From positions 17,363 to 81,362 of the forward strand of contig CANGYY010000003.1 of assembly GCA_947458585.1 (NCBI GenBank): a stretch of DNA of 64,000 bases. Reading direction: 5' to 3'. Below, piece by piece: positions 9,819 to 18,083 of the stretch. Numbering within the stretch: the stretch's first letter is position 1; every line of letters begins with the position of its first letter. Source of the DNA: Cyclobacteriaceae bacterium (lineage in GTDB: Bacteria > Bacteroidota > Bacteroidia > Cytophagales > Cyclobacteriaceae). The notes under the pieces are model-generated. The model had not been told where the DNA came from. It was given only the letters and a program-made list of their open reading frames with translations, and made no database searches. The translations under genes and the position numbers were made by a program.

Positions 9819-9856
9819 AAGGAAAGGAAGGATCCTTGCAAGACCTTCCTTTCCTT
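9819..9856 (-). terminator. Intra-operon 13-bp perfect hairpin (attenuator or mRNA stabiliser)
   Basis: aaggaaaggaagg (9819-9831) pairs with ccttcctttcctt (9844-9856). Confidence 0.6.
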
Positions 9857-9870
9857 AGGAGAAATTTTAA

Positions 9871-11394
9871 TTATTTGAAATCAGCCAATTGACCCGCCTT
9901 CTCAGCCCAAGTCCAACCTACGAAAGCAGCTTTAGTCGCGCCAACTGTGTTTGCCTTCAAGGCAACTTCAGCAGCATATACATCTGTTCCGTTTCTAAAG
10001 GCAGTAGTCAAAGTGACACCTGACTTAAGCGTAGCCTCAAGCTTGTTGAAAACTAGGGGACCTGTAGTTCCAGTGAAGTTAGGTACAGTAGCTGCATCTA
10101 GAGAAAGATCTCCTCTGCCAGCGTTCGCTACACCGTTGTACGTATCTGCTGGAGCAGGGAAGTTGAAGAAGTATAGGTTTTCGAAAGTACCTCTTGCCTT
10201 AGATCTGAAGTCACCCATTTCAGTAGCCGGGTGGCCTTTTACAGAACCGTTCTTTACGGTGTGGGCTGCATTGTATGCACCTTCAGGTCCGTCGATTTCA
10301 AGAGCGTGGTCTGTATTTACACCTGAGATCACGATAAAGTTGTCCAAAGTACCTGCCCAAGATTGGTCTGTGTCAACTGCGTCGTCACCAGAGTTCCAGA
10401 TCAAGGCGTTCTTTACAGAAACTGTTCCACCAAACCATTCGATACCATCGTCCTGGTTGGCTACTACTTCTACGTTTTCGATTACTGTTCCAGAACCCAC
10501 ACCACCAAGCGTCAAGCCGTTGATCTCGTTACTTGCGCCGATCAATGCACCACCGTGACGGATAGAGATAAATTTAAGGATACCAGAATTATCGGCATCG
10601 TTTGTTCCACCATAAAGACCATTGGTATCAGATGCTGGGATACCTTCGATTTGAAGTTCAGCTACGTCACCAGCAAGCGAACACTTCGCTCTTCCTAGTA
10701 CAATTATACCTCCCCAAAGACCTTCTTGAGTTGGCTCCAAGTTTGGAGAAGCAACTTGACCAGGAGCGATTTCGTCAGCAACAGAAGTAAAGATGATCGG
10801 CTCAGTGGCAGTTCCCTGCGCATCGATTTGAGCACCTCTTGCGATCACTAAAGCAGTAGCGTTAGCACCAGTTCCTGCTTCACCTTTTACAATTACTCCT
10901 TTTTGGATAGTCAATTTAGCACCGGAGGTAACTACAATTCTACTTCCCAAAATGTATGTTTTACCAGTTACCCAGGTAGTATTTGCAGTGATATTGCTTG
11001 TTACACGGATGGTAGTTGGCTCAGCACCTACAGACAATACGTGCGTAGCCTTAGCCACATCACCATCTGTATCAGTTACAGTAAATTCAAAAACCAAGTT
11101 TTTCCCAGCATCTGCTGCAACAGCAGTGTATTCAAAAGGAAAAGTTGCGCTAGTTCCAGTCAATGGAAGCGTAGATAATGGAGCGCCGTCTTTGGTGATG
11201 GCCAAAGAAACCAAGCCATCAAGGCCTTCAGCAGAACCGGTTACCGGACCTAATTTTGCACCAGCATCAATTTTAGCAGTGGCAGGGATACCAGAAATGG
11301 TTACACCATTATCCGGCTTTTCTTCTTCTTTACAACTTGTAAAAACAAGTGTAAATGCAGTTAACAAAGTAAGTGCGTACGTGAACTTTTTCAT
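9871..11394 (-). CDS. Surface lipoprotein with Ig-like N-domain and right-handed beta-helix-like domain
   Basis: Lipobox FTSC followed by acidic KEEEKPD; WGGIIVLG, INGLTLGGVG, DDGIEWFGG and DDAVDTDQ motifs. Confidence 0.8.
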   Translation of the reverse strand: MKKFTYALTLLTAFTLVFTSCKEEEKPDNGVTISGIPATAKIDAGAKLGPVTGSAEGLDGLVSLAITKDGAPLSTLPLTGTSATFPFEYTAVAADAGKNLVFEFTVTDTDGDVAKATHVLSVGAEPTTIRVTSNITANTTWVTGKTYILGSRIVVTSGAKLTIQKGVIVKGEAGTGANATALVIARGAQIDAQGTATEPIIFTSVADEIAPGQVASPNLEPTQEGLWGGIIVLGRAKCSLAGDVAELQIEGIPASDTNGLYGGTNDADNSGILKFISIRHGGALIGASNEINGLTLGGVGSGTVIENVEVVANQDDGIEWFGGTVSVKNALIWNSGDDAVDTDQSWAGTLDNFIVISGVNTDHALEIDGPEGAYNAAHTVKNGSVKGHPATEMGDFRSKARGTFENLYFFNFPAPADTYNGVANAGRGDLSLDAATVPNFTGTTGPLVFNKLEATLKSGVTLTTAFRNGTDVYAAEVALKANTVGATKAAFVGWTWAEKAGQLADFK

Positions 11395-11530
11395 TGGTTA
11401 TGTGTGATTAAGAATTTGCGAAGCGATTATGATACAAATGTGCAGCGGATTTTATGCCTCCAAGAAAAAATCGAATTATCCTTTTTTTAAAAAAATAGGC
11501 CGCAATTAACCTTGAATTAACAGCAGGGAC

Positions 11531-11563
11531 AAAAAAAAGGGCTTCTCATTCGAGAAGCCCTTT
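11531..11563 (-). terminator. Terminator after moxR
   Basis: aaagggcttctc-attc-gagaagcccttt with an A8 run. Confidence 0.8.
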
Positions 11564-11580
11564 CTAACAGCGGATTCGTG

Positions 11581-12552
11581 TTACTTTAATGTTACGGACT
11601 TATTAATCGGCACTTTTTCAAGCAATGTTTTTACGAGATCACGGGTGCTTATTTGATCTGCTTCTGCCTCGTAATTGAGCAAAATTCGGTGATTCAACAC
11701 GTCTTCGGCAATTTCTTTGATGTCCTCAGGCAACACATAATCTCGGCCATCCATGAAGGCCACCGCCTTGGCTGCCAAATTCAAATTGATACTCGCACGA
11801 GGCGATACTCCAAAGAGAATGTATTTCGCTTCTTCCTTCAATCCATAGTCTGCAGGGAAACGGGTAGCAAATACCAATTCAATGATGTAATGCTCCAATG
11901 GCTCAGCCAAGGTGACCGCATTAATCTGATCTCTAATGTCAAAAATATCTTGTTTGGAAAGGATGGGCTTCACGTCAGCAGAATACTGCATGTTGGACAT
12001 TCTGCGCATCACTTCCATCTCATCCGATTTGCTCGGGTAATCGATATGCACCTTCATCATGAATCGGTCCACCTGCGCTTCGGGAAGTGGATAAGTTCCT
12101 TCCTGATCTACGGGGTTTTGGGTAGCCAGTACCAAGAAGGGACGATCCAAGGGGTAAGTAGTCTCCCCAATGGTCACCTGCTTTTCTTGCATGGCCTCTA
12201 GGAGGGCCGACTGCACCTTGGCAGGAGAACGGTTGACCTCATCCGCCAAAATCACGTTCGAAAAAATAGGCCCTTTCTTCACCTCAAAGTTGGATTTCTG
12301 CTGATTGTAAATCATCGTTCCGATCAAGTCAGATGGCAGCAAATCCGGGGTAAACTGGATACGGTTAAAATTCAAATGAAGCACCTTGGCAAGCGTATTT
12401 ACAGTCAAGGTTTTGGCAAGTCCAGGCACACCTTCCAATAGAATGTGTCCATTGGTAAACAAACCAATCAACAAGCGATTGATCATCTTGTCTTGGCCTA
12501 CTACTACTTTCTTCACTTCCTGAATGACTTCAGCAATTTTTTCCTGATGCAT
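11581..12552 (-). CDS. moxR: MoxR-family AAA+ ATPase
   Basis: GVPGLAKT Walker A, RIQFTPDLLPSD, LADEVNR, EGTYPLPEAQVDRF. Confidence 0.93.
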   Translation of the reverse strand: MHQEKIAEVIQEVKKVVVGQDKMINRLLIGLFTNGHILLEGVPGLAKTLTVNTLAKVLHLNFNRIQFTPDLLPSDLIGTMIYNQQKSNFEVKKGPIFSNVILADEVNRSPAKVQSALLEAMQEKQVTIGETTYPLDRPFLVLATQNPVDQEGTYPLPEAQVDRFMMKVHIDYPSKSDEMEVMRRMSNMQYSADVKPILSKQDIFDIRDQINAVTLAEPLEHYIIELVFATRFPADYGLKEEAKYILFGVSPRASINLNLAAKAVAFMDGRDYVLPEDIKEIAEDVLNHRILLNYEAEADQISTRDLVKTLLEKVPINKSVTLK

Positions 12553-12670
12553 ATGACTCGTCTTTATTTGTACTTGTTTGGGATGGCTAAATTAGGAGAA
12601 ATTGTACCAATCCCCAATCTTACAGTTTCCGGAGCGCATTCCCGAATGCCAAGCTGATTTTTAGGAATTT

Positions 12671-13297
12671 TTAAGACCTGGAATTTCTGCTTCCTCCAGT
12701 TCTTGGCTTGGCAAATCCGGTCAGCCCCAGTGCGCGGTACACCCCCTCCTGACTGAGTTCACGAACTTCGCCTACGCCCATCCCATCCAAGGTGATTTTT
12801 TCCATGGAAAAGCGAACCAGTCTGAGGGTAGGGAAGCCCACCGCAGCGGTCATTTTTCGAACTTGGCGGTTTTTGCCTTCAATTAAGGTAAGGGCCAACC
12901 AACGGTCTGGGATAGCTGCACGGAAGCGAATAGGTGGATCCCGATCGGGTAGCGCTGGGGCTTTGTCTAAAAGTTTGACTAGGGCAGGCTTGGTACGATA
13001 GGGCTTTCCATCCACTTGAATGGTCACTCCTGCTTGCAATTGCGCCAAGGCTTCGGGGGTAGGAATTCCCTCCACCTGCACATAATAGGTGCGCTGGTGC
13101 GCAAATCGGGGATTGAGCAACTGGTGATTCAAGCCTTTGTCGTCCGTAAGAAGGAGCAATCCCTCGCTATCCTTATCCAGGCGGCCCACTGGATAGACTT
13201 CCTTTGGAAATTCTCCTAAGGTAGCCAGGGTGGGCCCTTCCCCACTAAACTGGGTGAGCACCCCAAAGGGCTTGTAGGTAATAAAATAACTGGCCAA
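12671..13297 (-). CDS. rluE: rRNA pseudouridine synthase, RluE-like
   Basis: KPFGVLTQF, GRLDKDSEGLLLLT, EGKNRQVRKMTAAVGFPTLRLVR. Confidence 0.85.
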   Translation of the reverse strand: MASYFITYKPFGVLTQFSGEGPTLATLGEFPKEVYPVGRLDKDSEGLLLLTDDKGLNHQLLNPRFAHQRTYYVQVEGIPTPEALAQLQAGVTIQVDGKPYRTKPALVKLLDKAPALPDRDPPIRFRAAIPDRWLALTLIEGKNRQVRKMTAAVGFPTLRLVRFSMEKITLDGMGVGEVRELSQEGVYRALGLTGFAKPRTGGSRNSRS

Positions 13298-13307
13298 AGC
13301 AGTAGGC

Positions 13308-13484
13308 TTAGCTGCCGCAGCCTACACAATCAAAATGGGAGTCCAGGGGCTTTACTCCCTTGAGCTGCATTTCTAAGTTGTGGATCTCGTCACGGATTTC
13401 CATATCGGCAAACATGTCACCGGTAAGTTTTGCTTTCAGTGCCGTGATTGCTTCTTCCAAGGCAAGTAGTTGTTGTTCGGTCAT
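13308..13484 (-). CDS. Small 58-aa helical protein with C-terminal CxxCGS
   Basis: MTEQQLL...LTGDMFADMEIRDEIHNLEM...DCVGCGS; stop lies 10 nt before the rluE start. Confidence 0.75.
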   Translation of the reverse strand: MTEQQLLALEEAITALKAKLTGDMFADMEIRDEIHNLEMQLKGVKPLDSHFDCVGCGS

Positions 13485-13730
13485 CACAGTGGTTTTTTTG
13501 GGTGAAAAATGAGGTTCAGAACAAAGATTTTTTGCTTTCGACACCAACTCAAAAATGAGGCCAATTGGGTCACAATTGCTAGGAATGAAGCGAATAAAAT
13601 TTTATCCGATTCTAGGTGGCCTTCCAAAACCACCCCGAAGTCTTCAGAGCTCCATCAGAAAATGAATGCTAACAGGGCTTTACCACTAGAATCCTCCTGT
13701 CATTTTCTTTCGAGGAACGGCCAATTCTTC

Positions 13731-13738
13731 TATCTTTG
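13731..13738 (+). promoter_or_regulatory. Bacteroidota -7 promoter element for ileS
   Basis: TATCTTTG matches TAnnTTTG. Confidence 0.55.
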
Positions 13739-13848
13739 TGGCTTGTTTTGAGCAAGATGCCTAGCCTTGAGTGCAAGGCTCTCCCCAATTTATATTCGTC
13801 GGGATAGCACAATACATTCTTTTCTTCAAGTTCACCAGAATAGACGCA

Positions 13849-16800
13849 GTGAAAACGTACCAGGAATTTAAGCAGGTTGACTACCCACATATCGGTGAGT
13901 CGGTCCTTCAGTATTGGAAAGAAAATCAGATTTTCGAGAAATCCATCTCCAACCGAGAAGGGGCCAAGACCTTTACTTTTTATGAAGGGCCTCCTTCTGC
14001 CAACGGTACCCCTGGTATCCACCACGTCATGGCTCGTACCCTCAAGGATATCTTTTGCCGCTACAAAACCCTGCGCGGATTTCAAGTCAAGCGCAAAGGA
14101 GGATGGGATACACACGGACTCCCTGTGGAACTTCAAGTCGAGAAAGAACTAGGCATCACCAAGGAAGACATTGGCAAAAACCCGACTGCCGGACGGGCAG
14201 GAATCACCGTAGCCGAATACAACAAAAAGTGCCGGGAAACCGTGATGCGCTTCAAGAATGAGTGGGACGAACTCACCGAGAAAATTGGTTATTGGGTGGA
14301 CTTGGAAGATCCATACATCACCTTTGATTCCAATTACATCGAGTCACTTTGGTACCTCCTCAAGCAGCTTTACGAAAAAGGCCTGCTATACAAAGGCTAC
14401 ACCATACAGCCCTACTCCCCTGCAGCAGGGACGGGACTCAGTTCACACGAACTCAACCAGCCAGGTTGCTACCGTGAGGTAAAAGACACCTCCATCACGG
14501 GTCAGTTTAAACTCAAAGGACAGCCCAATACCTACATCCTTGCCTGGACCACTACCCCTTGGACCCTGCCTTCCAACTCGGCTTTGGCCATCGGTGAAAA
14601 CCTAGACTATGTGAAGGTGCGCACCTTCAATCCCTACACCCACTTGCCCGTAGATGTGATTTTGGCGAAAGCAAGGGTAGCCTCCTACTTTTCTCCAAAA
14701 GCCGCAGAACTCCCGCTAGAAGACTATCGTCCTGGAGACAAACTAATTCCTTACCAAGTACTGGAAGAGTTTAAAGGAAAAAGCATGATCGGCTGGGAAT
14801 ACGAGCAGCTGCTCCCAATCCCCGGTTTGGCTCTTCCCCATCCTGCCTTTACGGTAGTGGCAGGAGATTACGTGACCACCGAAGACGGGACGGGCATTGT
14901 GCACTTGGCCAAGGCCTTTGGTGCAGATGACTTCCGTACCCTCGTGCAACAAAAAGTGCCGGGCATCTTTGTACAAGACGAACTCGGCAACGAGGTCCCT
15001 GTGGTAGATCGCCAAGGTAAATTCCTACCCATTGTCGGCGAATACCTAGTTGCCAAAATGCAGGAACATGGAATCAGCGCCCACAAGACCTTTGGGCCGA
15101 ATGATTTCTATGTCAAAAATTACACCCAGGACGACGAGGCGGCACCGGATTACAAAAACACGGACGTGATCTTGTCGATTCTCCTCAAAAATGAAAACAA
15201 GGCCTTCAAGGTCGAAAAATACGAGCACAGTTATCCACATTGCTGGAGAACGGACAAGCCAATTTTGTACTACCCGCTGGAAAGTTGGTTTATCAAAACC
15301 ACGGCCTACAAGGACCGCATGGTGGAACTCAACAAAACCATCCAATGGAAACCAGAGGCCACAGGCACTGGTAGATTTGGCAACTGGCTGGAAAACTTGG
15401 TGGACTGGAACTTGAGCCGCTCCCGTTTCTGGGGTACCCCGCTACCCATCTGGAGAACTGCCGATGGCACCGAAGAAAAATGCATCGGCTCCATCGCAGA
15501 GCTGCAAGCAGAAATCGACAAGTCCGTAGCCGCAGGCCTCATGACCGCATCTCCGTATGCAGGCAAGGAGCTCGACCTACACCGTCCTTATGTGGATGAC
15601 GTAATCTTGCTTTCTCCCAAAGGACAAAAAATGTTCCGAGAGACCGACTTGATCGACGTTTGGTTTGACTCAGGAGCTATGCCTTATGCCCAGTGGCACT
15701 ATCCATTTGAAAACAAGGACGTTTTTGCCGCCAACTTCCCTGCGGATTACATCGCAGAAGGGGTTGATCAGACGCGAGGCTGGTTCTTTACGCTGCATGC
15801 CTTGTCGGTGATGCTTTTTGACAGCGTCTCCTTCAAAAATGTCATCGCCAATGGTTTGGTGCTGGACAAAAATGGAAACAAGATGTCCAAGCGCCTCGGC
15901 AATGCCATCGACCCCTTCAAAACCTTGAAGGAGTATGGCCCCGATGCCTTGCGCTGGTACTTGCTCAGCAATGCCAACCCTTGGGACAACCTGAAATTCA
16001 ACTTGGACGGAGTGACTGAAGTGCAGCGACGCTTCTTTGGCACCCTTCAGAATACCTACAACTTCTTTGCCTTGTATGCCAACCTCGATGCCTTCATCTA
16101 CCGGGCAGAAAAGGCCATTCCAGTGCAAGAGCGCGCAGAGCTAGACCAATGGATTCTCTCCAAACTGCAATCCCTCATCCTGGAAGTGGAAGCAGCCATG
16201 GATGGCTACGATGCCACCAAGGCTACCCGTGCGATCCAAAATTTCACGGTAGATCAACTGTCCAACTGGTACGTGCGCCTCGCTCGGAAGCGATTCTGGA
16301 GAGGTGACATGCAGGCCGACAAGCAGGCGGCTTACGAGACCCTTTACGAGTGCCTCTTTACGCTCAGCCAACTGATGTCTTCTTTTGCGCCTTTCTATGC
16401 GGACTGGTTGTACAAAAACTTGACCGAGGCAGGAGAATCCGGAAAGGCTTCCGTGCATTTGACCGATTGGAATACAGCCAATCATTCGCTAATCAATCCT
16501 GACTTGGAAACAAGCATGGACCTGGCACAGACCATCTCTTCCTTGGTACACTCCTTGAGAAAGAAGGAAAAAATCAAGGTGCGCCAGCCTTTGCAACGCA
16601 TCCTGGTACCGGTGCTTTCCGAAAAATTCAAGTCCCAGGTAGCCCATGTAGCCGAGCTAATCCAAACGGAAGTCAACATCAAAGAGATCGAATACCTCGA
16701 TGATGCCTCCGGAATCTTGGTAAAGAACATCAAGCCGAACTTGCCCGTATTGGGGAAGAAATTGGGTCCAAAAATGCGCTTTGTGGTGGCCGCCTTGCAA

Positions 16801-17244
16801 GGCTGGGGAGCAACAGAAATCAACCAAATCGAACGTGAGGGAAATTACTTGCTTTCGGTAGAAGGGGAAGAAATCGACCTATTACTCGAGGAAGTATTGA
16901 TCAGCTCACAAGATATCCCAGGCTGGTCAGTAGCATCGGATCAAGGGGTGACTGTGGCTTTGGATGTCAACGTGACTGAGGAATTGAAGCAGGAGGGAGT
17001 GGCTCGAGATTTGGTCAACCGCATTCAAAACCTACGCAAGGACCTTGGGCTTGAAGTGCAGGATAAAATCACGCTCCTCGTATCCGACAGCAATCCATTA
17101 GTAAATGCTTCCATCGCTTTGTTTGGAGGTTATATCCAAGAAGAAACGCAGGCCATCTCCCTTTCTTTAGGCAAGTTGGAAGGGGAAGCAACCGTTCTAG
17201 ATATGGATGAATTTGAATTGCCAGTACGCCTAATTAAGGCTTAA
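13849..17244 (+). CDS. ileS: Isoleucine--tRNA ligase (type 2)
   Basis: EGPPSANG.PGIHH, GWDTHGLPVE, WTTTPWTLP, DVWFDSG and KMSKR motifs; probable GTG start at 13849. Confidence 0.97.
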   Translation: MKTYQEFKQVDYPHIGESVLQYWKENQIFEKSISNREGAKTFTFYEGPPSANGTPGIHHVMARTLKDIFCRYKTLRGFQVKRKGGWDTHGLPVELQVEKELGITKEDIGKNPTAGRAGITVAEYNKKCRETVMRFKNEWDELTEKIGYWVDLEDPYITFDSNYIESLWYLLKQLYEKGLLYKGYTIQPYSPAAGTGLSSHELNQPGCYREVKDTSITGQFKLKGQPNTYILAWTTTPWTLPSNSALAIGENLDYVKVRTFNPYTHLPVDVILAKARVASYFSPKAAELPLEDYRPGDKLIPYQVLEEFKGKSMIGWEYEQLLPIPGLALPHPAFTVVAGDYVTTEDGTGIVHLAKAFGADDFRTLVQQKVPGIFVQDELGNEVPVVDRQGKFLPIVGEYLVAKMQEHGISAHKTFGPNDFYVKNYTQDDEAAPDYKNTDVILSILLKNENKAFKVEKYEHSYPHCWRTDKPILYYPLESWFIKTTAYKDRMVELNKTIQWKPEATGTGRFGNWLENLVDWNLSRSRFWGTPLPIWRTADGTEEKCIGSIAELQAEIDKSVAAGLMTASPYAGKELDLHRPYVDDVILLSPKGQKMFRETDLIDVWFDSGAMPYAQWHYPFENKDVFAANFPADYIAEGVDQTRGWFFTLHALSVMLFDSVSFKNVIANGLVLDKNGNKMSKRLGNAIDPFKTLKEYGPDALRWYLLSNANPWDNLKFNLDGVTEVQRRFFGTLQNTYNFFALYANLDAFIYRAEKAIPVQERAELDQWILSKLQSLILEVEAAMDGYDATKATRAIQNFTVDQLSNWYVRLARKRFWRGDMQADKQAAYETLYECLFTLSQLMSSFAPFYADWLYKNLTEAGESGKASVHLTDWNTANHSLINPDLETSMDLAQTISSLVHSLRKKEKIKVRQPLQRILVPVLSEKFKSQVAHVAELIQTEVNIKEIEYLDDASGILVKNIKPNLPVLGKKLGPKMRFVVAALQGWGATEINQIEREGNYLLSVEGEEIDLLLEEVLISSQDIPGWSVASDQGVTVALDVNVTEELKQEGVARDLVNRIQNLRKDLGLEVQDKITLLVSDSNPLVNASIALFGGYIQEETQAISLSLGKLEGEATVLDMDEFELPVRLIKA
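14181..14201. repeat. 21-nt palindromic mini-element inserted in frame in ileS
   Basis: cccgactgccggacgggcagg (ctgcc/ggcag stem, GGCAGG end); deleting it restores GGC AAA AAA ATC ACC = GKKIT. Confidence 0.75.
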
Positions 17245-17254
17245 CTTTTCGTAC

Positions 17255-17881
17255 ATGAACAACTACCTCAAGTATTTCGGAATTGCATTTTTGGTAATCG
17301 CCCTAGATCAGGCCACCAAAATGTGGGTGCATTTTCAAATGGACTTTGGCAGCCCAGGGCAAATCCAAATTTTTGGAGACTGGTTTAAGCTTCACTACAC
17401 TACCAATCCAGGAATGGCTTTTGGGATGGAGCTGGGTTCCGAATATGGAAAAATGATCCTTACTTCTTTCCGTTTAGTGGCCATGGTGGGAATTGGCTAT
17501 TACCTCTATTACCTCGCCAAGCAAAAAACCCATGTAGGCTATACCTTTTGCATTGCCCTGATTTTAGGTGGAGCCATTGGCAACTTGGTGGATTCAGTGT
17601 TTTATGGAGTATGGCTTGACAATGCTCCTTACAATGCCCCAACTCCTTGGTTTCACGGGCAGGTGGTAGACATGTTTTATTTCGACATTTGGGAAGGCTA
17701 CATCCCTGAATGGGTGCCGCTTTGGGGTGGAGGATATACCGCACTTTGGCCGATTTTCAATGTGGCTGACGCCTCTATCTTTATTGGGGTAGCCATCATC
17801 TTGATTTTTCAAAATCGTTTTTTCCCAGATACTAAATCTGAAAAAGTAACGCCTCCGCAAGAGGAAGTGGAAGAACAGTAA
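17255..17881 (+). CDS. lspA: Lipoprotein signal peptidase II
   Basis: DQATK, NPGMAFG, GAIGNLVD, VVDM and FNVAD motifs; classic ileS-lspA order. Confidence 0.95.
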   Translation: MNNYLKYFGIAFLVIALDQATKMWVHFQMDFGSPGQIQIFGDWFKLHYTTNPGMAFGMELGSEYGKMILTSFRLVAMVGIGYYLYYLAKQKTHVGYTFCIALILGGAIGNLVDSVFYGVWLDNAPYNAPTPWFHGQVVDMFYFDIWEGYIPEWVPLWGGGYTALWPIFNVADASIFIGVAIILIFQNRFFPDTKSEKVTPPQEEVEEQ

Positions 17882-17905
17882 ATCAAATACTGCTTACGGA
17901 AGTTG

Positions 17906-17941
17906 AAAAGAGAGGTCATTGGTGAGGCCTCTCTTTTTTTT
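17906..17941 (+). terminator. Terminator after lspA
   Basis: aaaagagagg...cctctctttttttt. Confidence 0.8.
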
Positions 17942-18083
17942 CTCCAAAAAAATCAGGATAAATCGCAAAAAATACTGATTTAATCCGTAATTTTCCTTTT
18001 CGTGTAGCTATCAAGTAGGCCCACCTGTTTGGAAAAGAAGAATATAAAAGTGAATAATATATATACTACTTTTTTTAATTGTC

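Noticed and set aside
9947-11407. Long + strand ORFs (203 aa and 151 aa) antisense to the lipoprotein
   Set aside because: Shadow ORFs expected from the biased codon usage of the real gene.
13509-14136. ORFs 13509-13751 and 13669-14136, and the long N-terminal extension of ileS from 13771
   Set aside because: No motifs; the GTG at 13849 fits the expected IleRS N-terminus better.
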